Shown piece after piece: positions 52,716 through 64,000 of a stretch of 64,000 nucleotides of DNA (positions are counted from its first letter, which is position 1; each line of letters opens with the position of its first letter). The translations under genes and the position numbers were made by a program. Source of the stretch: Tubiluchus corallicola (taxonomy: Eukaryota > Animalia > Priapulida). Location: assembly GCA_030141605.1 (NCBI GenBank), contig JAQGDQ010000008.1, positions 62,001 through 126,000 on the forward strand, given 5' to 3'. Under the pieces are notes generated by a model, which was given only the letters and a program-made list of their open reading frames with translations, searched no databases and was not told the DNA's origin.

Positions 52716-54819
52716 CGCAGTAGCCGTTGCAGGCAGATAATGATCTCTTATTTTAAAGTTTGTCTAACCTCATCACTGCCACCTCCTTCCTATATGGCCT
52801 ATCAGTTATTCCAAAAACAGCAACGAAAAATATTTGTGTATATATGGTCATATACGCCTGTTCAAGCAACTACTATATCCATCTCCCTTGTCAATTTTGA
52901 CATCTTGTCCCAGGTTCAAGTTCAGACTGGATATGGTATAATTACGATTACAACAGCACAGCTGACAAGGTACCAATTAAGAAGCAAGAAGTTGTTGAGA
53001 AAGTTTCTCCAGTTGACTTAATTACAGGTTGCCAGAATCATGTTGCTACGAATTTGTATTTAATTAAATCGTAGTCCTTGAACGTATCACATATCTGAAC
53101 TGAGATGTCAAACCTTCATGAAAACAGATGCCAAAATGAACGTGCCGAAATGTCTTTTTGGGATGTGCATGTCATATTGACAAGGTTGTCTACGTAACTT
53201 GCATCTGGTCGAAAGTTGGACGTTTTGTGCCACTAAAATAACTAGAGCAGTACTGCCACACGACTTCAGGCGGCATTTTGCCACTGCGATACAAAAGATC
53301 TCGACAAAACGTGGTAGTATTTTTTATTTTATATCGACATGTCTACTGCCTTAGGCAAGCCAGTGATAAGTCTAAAAGTCGATTCTAACCGTTTTACTAA
53401 TGCACTGATGTTCTCGAGAACAAAAATGTTGGCAAGTGCTAAAAGTACTGATAATCGATTTGATATGGATGCATTAATTTTAAAAACTTTTGGCCCCTTA
53501 GGGTGCCTCTTCCGTGACGTGCCTTAACAAAATACGTTCCTACCAATATGCATTTTTCAGATTTGTAGTTTTCAATTGTAATTTTCCTATCTGTTAAAAA
53601 TTTTTGCACAGCCATATTATTGAAATTTATGTAAAAGTAAGACTGTGTACTTAATCAAAATTTATACAGCTTTTACAGCCTATAAATTACTACGTTGCAT
53701 GTGATTTTACTGCTCAATATGAGTCAAAAAATTTTGCAAACTTTAATGCACACCGAACCTCTCCCGCTTTAACATAAAAATACTTTATTATCTTGATTAT
53801 TTATTATCTTTTTTCCAAAAAGATTTCATGGATATAGATTCATGGATTTACCTTTCTTTTCAGAAGTTTTAAATGAAATTTATTGTCGGTATCATTTTCA
53901 TTATCGGTTTCGGTATCAGTGTCTACATCAGCTTTAACCAATTCAGCGAAGCCAAGTAGTAATCCACTTCAAATGCGTTAGCCAGACATTTAGTCAGTGC
54001 TCTGAGAAGCATTTCTGCTTAAAGCGTTTCTGCATAATCATCCAGGCGTGTGCACTTATATTCTGCCATGTATAATAATGACGCAGTAGAACACTATTAT
54101 TCATATCTAATTGGGCTAGCCGATCAAAACCCACAACGGAGTTCGCGCTCATTTAGCTCCAATTCCAACCAATTTAATGCCAAGAAAACTTAATAATTCA
54201 GTTTAGAAAATGATTTTGCAGTTATTACGGGGACGCAGTAGCGAATTTGCCAGAAAGTTATTTGTTATTCTGTTTGCTAAAGTAATGACATAGTGCTACT
54301 AATGTAAAACATTGAAACTACGAGTTTAACAAAAACTGTAAGTAAACATGAACTAACTTTACTCTGCTTTCGTTGTCATGCACTCAAACAAATTTTTCGC
54401 ACATTGTAGATAAAAAATAATTCTACTGTATGCACAGGGCTGTCAGTAAATTAAGAAACAGAACACTTTCATAAGAACGGATCTTTACTTGATGGTTATG
54501 ACGGCGACTCCAAAGACGGTGACAAGCTTATTAATATTTATTGACAATAAACTTCCAAAATAGTGAATTTAACCAAATTTTATGACTTCGTTCTCTTTCT
54601 CTTTCACCTGTAAACAAATCACAATAATATGCAGAAACGTCATATGTTTTTATTTCTTTACTGTAGCTTTTCTTTACTTTATTTGTAAATTTCTTTACAA
54701 TTTACTACTGTCTTTACGTTATCATGTCTTTCATTTGCTCGCTTACTTTCAAGTTATAGATGCTGTTGTGAATGGGTCACTAATAGTGATAAGTAAAAGG
54801 AAGTCTTACATGTTTTCAG

Positions 54820-54992
54820 CAAACGTTACATGCGAAAGACCAGACGGTATGATCATCAATGTCTTTGCGGCTGACACCATACCTGGCAAGCTGTACATCC
54901 AAGGTCAGGCTCGCTTCCCAGAATGCGTCTTCATTCCCACTGGACTAGAATCCAATTTCTTCGTCGGTTTTCGTTCATGCGGAACAGAGAAG
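54820..54992 (+). CDS. ZP-domain protein, coding exon 3 (ZP-N: ANVTCERPDGMIINV...ECV...RSCGTEK)
   Basis: Contains ZP-N cysteines 1-3 and a GKLYIQG motif like cuticlin-type ZP proteins. Acceptor ttttcag and donor AAG|gtataa. Confidence 0.88.
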
Positions 54993-56283
54993 GTATAAAT
55001 GATATCAAAGTGCGTATAAAACACTAACTATATGATTTCGTTCTTAAAGTTGACAAATTTTAAATAGCAAGCACAATAGCATTAATATTTTACATCACAC
55101 AACAGAGAAAATTTCATTAAACGCCAAAGATTCAGCTAAATATTAGTAGCTATCATCATAGCGTGAGAAAAAAACAATATTTTTCAACGCCACACTTGGT
55201 AGCTATCATCAAGCAGTCAGACAAAACTCATCGTTTTTTAACTAACTTCTAGGGTGTGCCTGAAACTTTTTGTAATTTTTTTCATTGTGATACACTAATT
55301 AACTATTAATTTCTTCTTTATTTTAATTTATTTTTTAATAATTACATTTGCATAGATCATTATTTTCAATTTTTAGAGGGGTGAAATAATTTGAAACAAA
55401 GAGATATGTGTAGGGCTGTTTTGATTATCAATTTATAAGAGCTAAAGTATTGAGACTAAATGTTCAAACAAAAATGATACCGATTACTTTCTGTAAATGA
55501 CACAGTTGGCTTATTTTTGCCACAGGATAAATTCAGCCTTCGGGAGATTGTACAATTAGTTATTAACGACTTGCATTAGTTTCACTATCATCACAATTAC
55601 ACTTTGTTACATTATTGATAAGTAATATGTTGCGCAACGTTAAGTAATAGTGTTGTACACTATTGTTAAGCTATGCAAAGAGAGACAAAAACTGCATTAA
55701 CCAGACAAACTTTGTGAGAAAACGTTGAGTTTTTCTGGGTAACATACAGATGAGTCAAGCACTGAAAACTATCATTTGTCCTGGCGGTACTAATTGGAGG
55801 CTAGCGCACATCATTTAGTAATTAGTTTTCGACCAAGCTGTATAATAAATCAACTTACAAAATTGTTTTGCACAAGACAAGGTCAAAAAAGCCGTTTGTA
55901 CTTCACAACAATAGAGCTTTCGTCGCGCGCTGAAATACGTGCATTTCAAAATCGACTGCCATTTTTGTTAGTCATGTGTTAAGTTGTGTCCTAAGACCTA
56001 GACTACCACGATAAGAACAACTAGCAGGCCTACGTTTTTAAATAGAAAACCAGAATGTCATTGGGCTAATATTAAAACTCATATAGAACAGAGAAAAAAT
56101 GGTGAAGTAGAGAGTAGAGTCTAAATGAAAAGATGGAAATATTTTTCACCTTTTCGTTTTAAGGTTTAATTTTTTCCTTTTCTGCTCCCATTTTTCTTGA
56201 AGTAAAGTTTGAAAGCTACGTGTGTGCACTTTTCAATTTATTTTACAGTGTTGTTTTGTTTTTGTTATTTTCTGTTTATCTAG

Positions 56284-56429
56284 GATGGCGAGCTATACAG
56301 CAATGTTCTCGTTGTTCAGGAACACCCGGACGTAGAGACAAGGGCTGACGTCTATTATATTGTCCAGTGTCTTTTTAACTTAGAGGAGCAAACGCTTTTC
56401 CAACAAGTTAATTTACCTGTAATCGAAAT
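56284..56429 (+). CDS. ZP-domain protein, coding exon 4 (DGELYSNVLVVQEHPDVETRADVYYIVQCLF...)
   Basis: Typical ZP-N YxNxLVVQxHP...D..Y...C motif. It is absent from the ORF track but in frame with both neighbours (phase 0 in, phase 2 out). Confidence 0.88.
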
Positions 56430-57689
56430 GTACGCATGCGCAGTTAAACAATGAAATTATTCAAGCATATACTCAAGCACGACTAAACAATGAACTTCCC
56501 CAATGAATTTATTTAATTTAGTTAACTTTTCCGTTAAACCTTTTTTATTTGGCTTTTTGAGAAAGCTGCGTTAGCATTTTAGTTAAAGGGAAATAATAGG
56601 GAATTTTACAGTATGTCTCAAGTTTCATTGCCAAGTTATAATACCTGCTAGAAAGACTTATGTAACCGAAAAAGAAAATTCTTAATAATTTAACATGTAT
56701 GCGATAACTGGTAAGTCGTAACTGTTTCACTCTCCCACGTGTACTAAAAACATCACTGGCTCACCAAAAATATATTACTAATCACATTAACAAGCTAAAG
56801 AATTTATACTTTTGCTTAATGAATGTGTGCTACGAATGTTCTGATTATTTTTTCGAACTTTAAACAATTTAAGGTAAACTAACTTCAGGCGAGTTAAAAT
56901 TGCTGCATCTAGCGATCATGGCGGAAGTATAAATTTCCAAGCGTTATTGCTGTTACAAGTTGTAAGTAGTAAAAAATCTTAAAAGTTGTAAAAATGTCGT
57001 TCTGAATTATTTTAGCTTAATGCAAGAATTCTGTTTTCTTGTGCTTTATTTTATTTATTTATCTTGTTGTTGTTGTTAAGCCTTTTTCATTTTAGCATTT
57101 AAGAAAGCTGCTTTAGATTTTTTGCTGCCAAAAATTTCGTCAGATTTTAAACTTAGATTTTTACATCTTTGCCTTTGAGGGTGAAGATAAATTTATAGCA
57201 AGTTCTGGTAAATGCCACCCCAGTATAAAAATTCTGAAAGAAGTATACACTTAAAACTTTGATCGGCTATTCACATTTAACAAATACAAAATAGATCCGC
57301 CAGAGAAGATATATTTTCCAGTTTGCGAGAGCCATATTTAGCATTAAAGCACTTTTCTTTCTGCCAAAAATACCTTTCACCTTTCTTTATTACCTTTGGC
57401 GCCAAAGAATACTACTATAAAAAATCAAACTCAGAAAAATGCTGTTTATCCAATTTTATATTAGCTATGCGAAAATGTGTGGCATCTTTTAAACGCATAA
57501 AACCGTCTATCTAGTTGGATAGTTTCTTCATTGGTGGATTTGAAACAATTATTTTTGACAAATGTTTGAGGACAATTAATGTGATAGAAAACAGTCATGC
57601 TACAATTTTTGCGAATTTTTTGCAATCTCACCAGGTCAAAAAACTGAGAGACGCACTCGCGCATGCTGTTACGCAAAAATTAATGCTTG

Positions 57690-57726
57690 AATGTTTATTT
57701 GTTTGCTTGTTAGTTTATCTGTTTGC

Positions 57727-57825
<99 letters not shown>

Positions 57826-58825
57826 TTTGTTTATTTATTTATTTATTTATCTTTGTTTGTTTAGTTGTTCTTTTTTGTTTACTTATTTATTTATTCTTTA
57901 TTTTGTTTATTTATTATTCGTTTGTGTTTTATGTATTTATTTGCTCGTTATTCATTTATTTACTGATGTTTTCAGACAATCATAGTGTCACGTTTACCTG
58001 CTCGCTTACTATTCAATCACTTTGTCAACTGGCCACTTGGGTAGTTAGTCGGCTGGCTAGTTGGTCAGTGGAAACATTTGGGTAGGTGGTTGGTTGTATG
58101 GTCGGTTAGTTGGTTGACGGGTAATTGGTCGGTTAATTGGGTTGCTGGTTGGGTAGTTGGACAGCTGGTTACTTAGTCTGTTGGTAGGTTGTTGCTTAGT
58201 TGATTAGTTAATTTGTTGCTTACTTACTTGCTTAGTTGGATGTTTGGTTAATTAGTTAGATGATCGATCAATAGGTTCGCTTGTTTGTTTATTGCAACGT
58301 TGGTGGTTTGTTGATGGTGAGTCGGCCAGTCGGTCGGCCGTTTGATTCTTCGGTCAGTCGATCTGTCGATCACTTGGTTTTTAGTTGGCTAGTTGGTTGG
58401 TTCGTGGGTTGGCTGCTTAATTGGCTAGCTGGTTAATTAATTGGTTGATTATTTAGCTTAGTTACTTACTTTCTTAGTTGGACAGTTCTTTTGTTTTTGC
58501 TTATCTATTTGCTTATGCATTTAGTCTATATCATTATTTGTTTGTTTATATAAGCTTTCTCAACAAATTGTCTTTTTTATTAACTTATTTGCGTATTTAT
58601 TTATTTATTCATTGCTTGCCAGGTTTTCTTTCATTCTTTGTTTTTTCATTTATTTGCTTATTTTGCGTGATCATTTATTTATTTGCTTGTTTTCTGTGTA
58701 TTCGTCCATTTATTTTTTATTTCTTGCTTCTCTGTTTATTTACTTGTTTGTTTGTCTGGCTCTCTGGCTGTGCAATATGCTTGACTGTGTGCCTGCCATA
58801 CAGCCAACGAACCTGTCTATTTGCC

Positions 58826-58921
<96 letters not shown>

Positions 58922-59347
58922 CGTCCGTCCGTCTGTCTTTGATTTCCACTTATTGTTTAATTACATATATAGGCTATATAATCTTACAACCAAATTTTTA
59001 ATTCCAAACAGCATGTTTAAATCACTATTTTAATGCTTGTTTCTAAAAATTATTATTTCTTTTGTATTTAAAAAATCAGCTAGAAAGTTTGTTCACTTTG
59101 TTGATTGACTGATGGTTTACTGGAATGCAATTTCGTTGGTTTGCGTGTCAGTCGGTAGATTTATCATCAGTTAACAAATTGGCTGGCTGGTCAGTTGATT
59201 TATTAGTTACTTGGTTGATTAACTTGTGGCTTGTTGGATTGGGTCGATCATTCAGTCAGTTGGTCAGCCATCATAAGTAGTTAATAGTAGCATGAGCAGT
59301 ATCATGATGTAGCATCTTGCTCGTTTGTTAACTTTTATTCAAATAAT

Positions 59348-59442
<95 letters not shown>

Positions 59443-60334
59443 TTCACTCGTTCTTCGGTGTTTGTCTTTTTGTTTGTATGTCAGTTTGTTTGTTTGTTTG
59501 TCTATTTACTTATTATTTATTAATTAATAGTTTGTTTATTAATTACTGCATTTAGCTATTCGTTTGATTTTCCACTTATTATTTAACATAATACTATTTT
59601 ACATGTAAAGGCTGTGTTATATGATCCTATAACAAAATTTTTGGATCCAAACATAGGACTCAAATCGCTTATTTATTGTTTTTCTCTTGTTTGTTTTGTT
59701 TTGTTTAGTCAATTAGCTAGGCAATTTATTGATTAACTGGCTTATTAGAATACTGTTCATTGATTAGTTTGCTAGTCGATACACTGAGAATTAGTTACTC
59801 GACAGGCTGGCTGGTTACTTGGTTTTTAGTTGTGGTTTGTGGTTTGGGGGACTGATTGGTTGGTTTTGTTGGTTGATTGGTTGACCGGTAAGTTGTGTAA
59901 ATGAGTGGTTGGAAAACTGGCTGGTTGGTTGTGATTAATTTATTTATTTAATTAGTTACTTGGGTAGTTTTCTTCTCAATATTTGTTTTTTATTTATTGT
60001 TATTTGTTCACTTATTTAACTATTTTTTTTCGTTAAGTTATTTTCTTATTCATTTACTTATTTGATTATTTACGTAGTTGTTTGTTTATTTATTTGTTTA
60101 TTTAATTATTTATTTGTTTATTTACCAGTTTATTAACTTTTTTATCCAGTTATTTATAGACACGTATAAAATCACTTTTTTAAAATCAAATGAATGCATA
60201 ATTGACTAATTTATCTATTTATTCGACAATTTATATACAAACTTAAAATCATATATCAAAGAATAAGCTGATTAATAGTTAATTAGTAATTATATGTCAC
60301 CTCTTTCATTTGTTAACATTTTTTCAAATAACTA

Positions 60335-60396
<62 letters not shown>

Positions 60397-60413
60397 TTTG
60401 TATATTTAATTCT

Positions 60414-60480
<67 letters not shown>

Positions 60481-60520
60481 TTTGTTTAGTTAGTTAGTTG
60501 TTTGTTTATTTAATTAGTCA
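57690..60520. repeat. Large intronic low-complexity region of (TATT)n, (GGTT)n and (TCTG)n arrays and their decayed derivatives
   Basis: Direct reading. Confidence 0.9.
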
Positions 60521-60619
60521 CTCGTGCTTTCATTTATAAGTAATTTTTACTTTAACAGTCACGTTAATAAATCTTAATTAAACTGACCAATCATTAATCA
60601 ATAATATTTCCTCATTTAG

Positions 60620-60768
60620 CACACAACCGCCCCTAAACATCTCAGGTGCAGGCGAAAGACCTCCCACCGACGCCAGCCTGCAAGTTTATGATCCAGTTGA
60701 GAAAGTCTTGAAACGACGCCTGAAGCTAGGACGGTTATATCACCTGGAAGTCAACCTTGTGGATGGTG
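60620..60768 (+). CDS. ZP-domain protein, coding exon 5 (linker and start of ZP-C)
   Basis: Acceptor ctcatttag, open frame ITQPPLNISGAGERPPTDASLQVYDPVEKVLKRRLKLGRLYHLEVNLVDG, donor G|gtaagc. Phases are consistent. Confidence 0.85.
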
Positions 60769-61084
60769 GTAAGCTGATTAAATTGAGTTAAAATTAGTTT
60801 AGACTAAAACTTTTCGTGTATTTTTATATAATTTTAATATCTTAAATGACATTTTTGTATGCCTCTATGTCGTGCTCCTCGGGCTTTACTTGCTATGTTT
60901 TACTTGCTTACGTGCTATGTGCCACTTGCTTAGGCGTTAACCAATATCCGGTCATTGGCACAAACGGAAGAAGGAAAGAAGGGAACAAACAAGCAAGCAG
61001 TCAATAAAAGTAAAAAATAGGAAGAAAAGAAGTAAAACAAAACATGATAAACAACGATGATGAAGAAGAAGAAAAAGAAGCAAA

Positions 61085-61380
<296 letters not shown>

Positions 61381-61625
61381 ATGATAAAAAAGCAGCAAAG
61401 GAAAAGGAGGACGAGGATCATATGCGGCAATAAATGCTAGAAAGTTTTTGGTAAGGATGGTGGTGCTGCCATCTTTATTTCATGAGTAAAAACTGTACTG
61501 ATGAATAAACTGAAAAGAAGTAAGAAAGTAAACGAAAAATAACAAAAAATGAAATCGAAGAATGGCGGAAGAAGAAGAAGAAAGAAATAAGTATTTCGAG
61601 GATTTTTATATCCCATTTTTTTCAG

Positions 61626-61873
61626 TTAATTTTGGCGGATTTACAACAAACTGCTACGCTTCTGATGGTCAAGGGAAACGAATAAAGGTCATTGATGATT
61701 TTGGTTGTCCTGTGGACTCGAGCCTTCTTCACACTGCAAGACTGGACAACTCCTTCACAAGAGAACCGGGACACACCTACATTTACATGCCATTTGATGC
61801 CTTCAAGTTTCCTGATACTCCTCTTGTTTTCTTCCAATGTGACGTCAGATTCTGTCTGATAAAATGTCCGCCA
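61626..61873 (+). CDS. ZP-domain protein, coding exon 6 (ZP-C core)
   Basis: NCYASDG...VIDDFGCPVD...FDAFKFPDTPLVFFQCDVRFCLIKCPP contains the diagnostic ZP-C motifs (IDxxGCP, AFKF, xQCxVxxC). Donor CCA|gtaagt. Confidence 0.95.
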
Positions 61874-62427
61874 GTAAGTCTGAATATTTGCAAATGGTCC
61901 AAGTGACCTGCTTAGTACTTGTTGCAGTATATTACACAGGATGCTACGTACCTAAATTCATCTTACTTCAAGAGAACCAGATAGATGATGTTACCGCCAA
62001 GCAGAAATCTCCTTCTTGTCTTTTGAACACTATATAAAATCTGAACGATAATTAAAAAAAACGAGGGATTTTGAAACCTTTGATATAATCATACAGTAAC
62101 TTTCCAGTGTTTTCAGTGGATTATGTAGAATCGCTAGGAAAACCATTCCTTACGTTGGATAGGTGTTTTTAAAACGAAATATTAAAAAGTTGATGTTGAA
62201 AGCATCGAATATATTCTTAATACTATCTTTGTTTTAAGAGTGAAAGCTCACCAACATAACACTAGTGGTAATACTTGTAAATTATTTTCATTATTTTAAA
62301 GGACTTTTAAAATTTTTTGAAGATTATATAAATGAATAATTGTAATGAAGTCGGGTTGTAAAGCTTTAGAAATACAGATCTTGTGGGCAAACATTTATCA
62401 TTCAGTTGTGTTTTTAATTTTTACTAG

Positions 62428-62620
62428 GTTGACTGCGGAGCCGATGGACCCAGTTTAGGCAAAAAGAAAAAGCGTAGCATTGGAAAAGAAGAAAGTCAAC
62501 CATGGTTGAAAGAGGAAATCTTTGAAGCAGAGTTACTCACAGTCTATAGCGCTTTTGCCGTCTATGATGAGCAAGATGAAAAGTATTACGGGATACTCGA
62601 CGAAAAACTATCTGGATCGG
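62428..62620 (+). CDS. ZP-domain protein, coding exon 7 (last Cys, basic cleavage site KKKKRS, external hydrophobic patch)
   Basis: Encodes VDCGADGPSLGKKKKRSIG...ELLTVYSAFAVYDE... with acceptor tttttactag and donor G|gtaagc. Confidence 0.9.
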
Positions 62621-62982
62621 GTAAGCAATGCAGTGCCTTTTTGAAAAACCGTCGTTTAATTTTGAAATTATTAACTAGGACTGCTTCCACCTTTAATAGT
62701 ATGGTTTCCTTAGCACGTTTTCGTAGTTTCTTCTTGTTTCTACTCTATAGTTTTTTGTAAATCTGACAGAGTAGTACGGTATATTTTCTAGCGTTTGGCC
62801 TTTTGCTAATTACATAAATTTACCAAAATATGATATTTTGACCTTTTGTTCTATATAAACGACTTTGTAGTACATAGTTGCGCACTTCTAGTAATACAAT
62901 TTAAGGGCTCAGCTGCAAAACGTAACTTCAGTGCGTAAAGCCACAAAATACGCGGATTGATATGATCCTTAATTCTTTTCAG

Positions 62983-63158
62983 AAAATAATCTAGAATATG
63001 ATGATTCTTCTTTTGAGATATATTTCATCCTAACTTTTGCTCTGGCGGGTATGTTGATGATTTCTCTCATTGCTAACGCATTCCTGCTCTATGGTCTCAT
63101 ACATCGGAGGAGGCAAAAGGAGAGGATTGCTGAGGTTTCCACCCCTAGTACGCGATAG
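62983..63158 (+). CDS. ZP-domain protein, last exon (transmembrane helix, short basic tail, stop)
   Basis: Encodes ENNLEYDDSSFEIYFILTFALAGMLMISLIANAFLLYGLIHRRRQKERIAEVSTPSTR-stop, with AATAAA at 63256. The summed exons give 1179 nt, or 392 aa plus stop. Confidence 0.9.
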
Positions 63159-64000
63159 TGGACAAAATGGAGGTCAAGTCATTTTCTCCAAACCCTAACC
63201 AAAATGTTAATAGTATTTATTAATGACCTTGATGATCTTACATAACAATTTGTAAAATAAATACTTTTTTATTCTGCGGCACTGTATGATCATATAAGGT
63301 AACTTCATTGTGGTACATGCACAGCAACATGCTACGTATGAATACTAAGTTTTACAACTAAGTAAAAATCAGTACTAGGCATTAATATTTATTGAATTGT
63401 CAAAGGTGGATTAACTAGCGACAAGCGCTTTGATTTTGGGTTACTGAAATGAGCAGTACGAAATTCAGCAAACTTGTAGCGGTTATTCGTAACACAATAA
63501 GCGAAACCTTTGTCGTCCTATGTGTGCCTTTCATTTCAATTGATATGTGTACATAAACATGTAAATAAATTATGTATTTTTAGAAATAAAATACATTACA
63601 TGGTTTTATTAAACAAGAAGTCACTTTGTTTAGATAATTATTTTATATTATAAAAATTTGAATAAATTAAGAAACAAATCACTACTCATCAGAAACAACT
63701 CCAAACAGGATTGTGTATCAATAGCGCAATCAAGAAGCATGCAATCTGCAAAACGGAGACTTATGGATATTCCAGATGATAAAAACATACATATACTTTT
63801 GCCCAATAGTCTTCCAATCTTATAAAGAAACCTAATCGTTTTTGAACAGTTAGATTAGTCACTTTTACAGATAAGGTTATGAACATCAACCATCTGTGAA
63901 CATCAAAAAAATCCAACAGAATTGCAAATTATAGACGCAGTACTTCAAAATAGTTCACGAAAACATTTATATGCACTTCAAGAATACAAAAAACACTGGG

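Noticed and set aside
53345-53530. Possible small DNA transposon ending cgtgacgtgccttaa
   Set aside because: A matching left terminus could not be established convincingly.

Overview
AT-rich, microsatellite-dense animal genomic DNA with spliceosomal GT-AG introns. The peptide sequence suggests a lophotrochozoan or spiralian invertebrate (inference). Three multi-exon genes can be assembled by hand on the + strand. (1) A canonical neuropeptide F precursor (82 aa; mature 39-aa [39 protein letters not shown]-amide; coding exons 7037-7218 and 17526-17592). (2) A second, tandem and strongly divergent NPY/NPF-family precursor (79 aa; predicted short mature peptide DVSKLNDPATMKYLKDMEKIFATLARPRY-amide; coding exons 38322-38488, 45705-45732 and 47084-47128). 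It has a candidate CRE/TATA promoter and non-coding exon 1 near 28.8-28.9 kb and an antisense tRNA-Gly(TCC) in an intron. (3) An 8-coding-exon ZP-domain (cuticlin-like) membrane protein of about 392 aa (51529-63158). The rest is introns and intergenic DNA with LINE remnants (L2/CR1, RTE), a deleted Tc1/mariner, hAT- and Harbinger-type MITEs, foldback elements and compound microsatellites. Most ORFs in the supplied track are microsatellite artefacts. The main point of interest is the tandem NPF (RFamide) plus truncated NPY-like (RYamide) pair. All gene models are hand-spliced and have no transcript support here.
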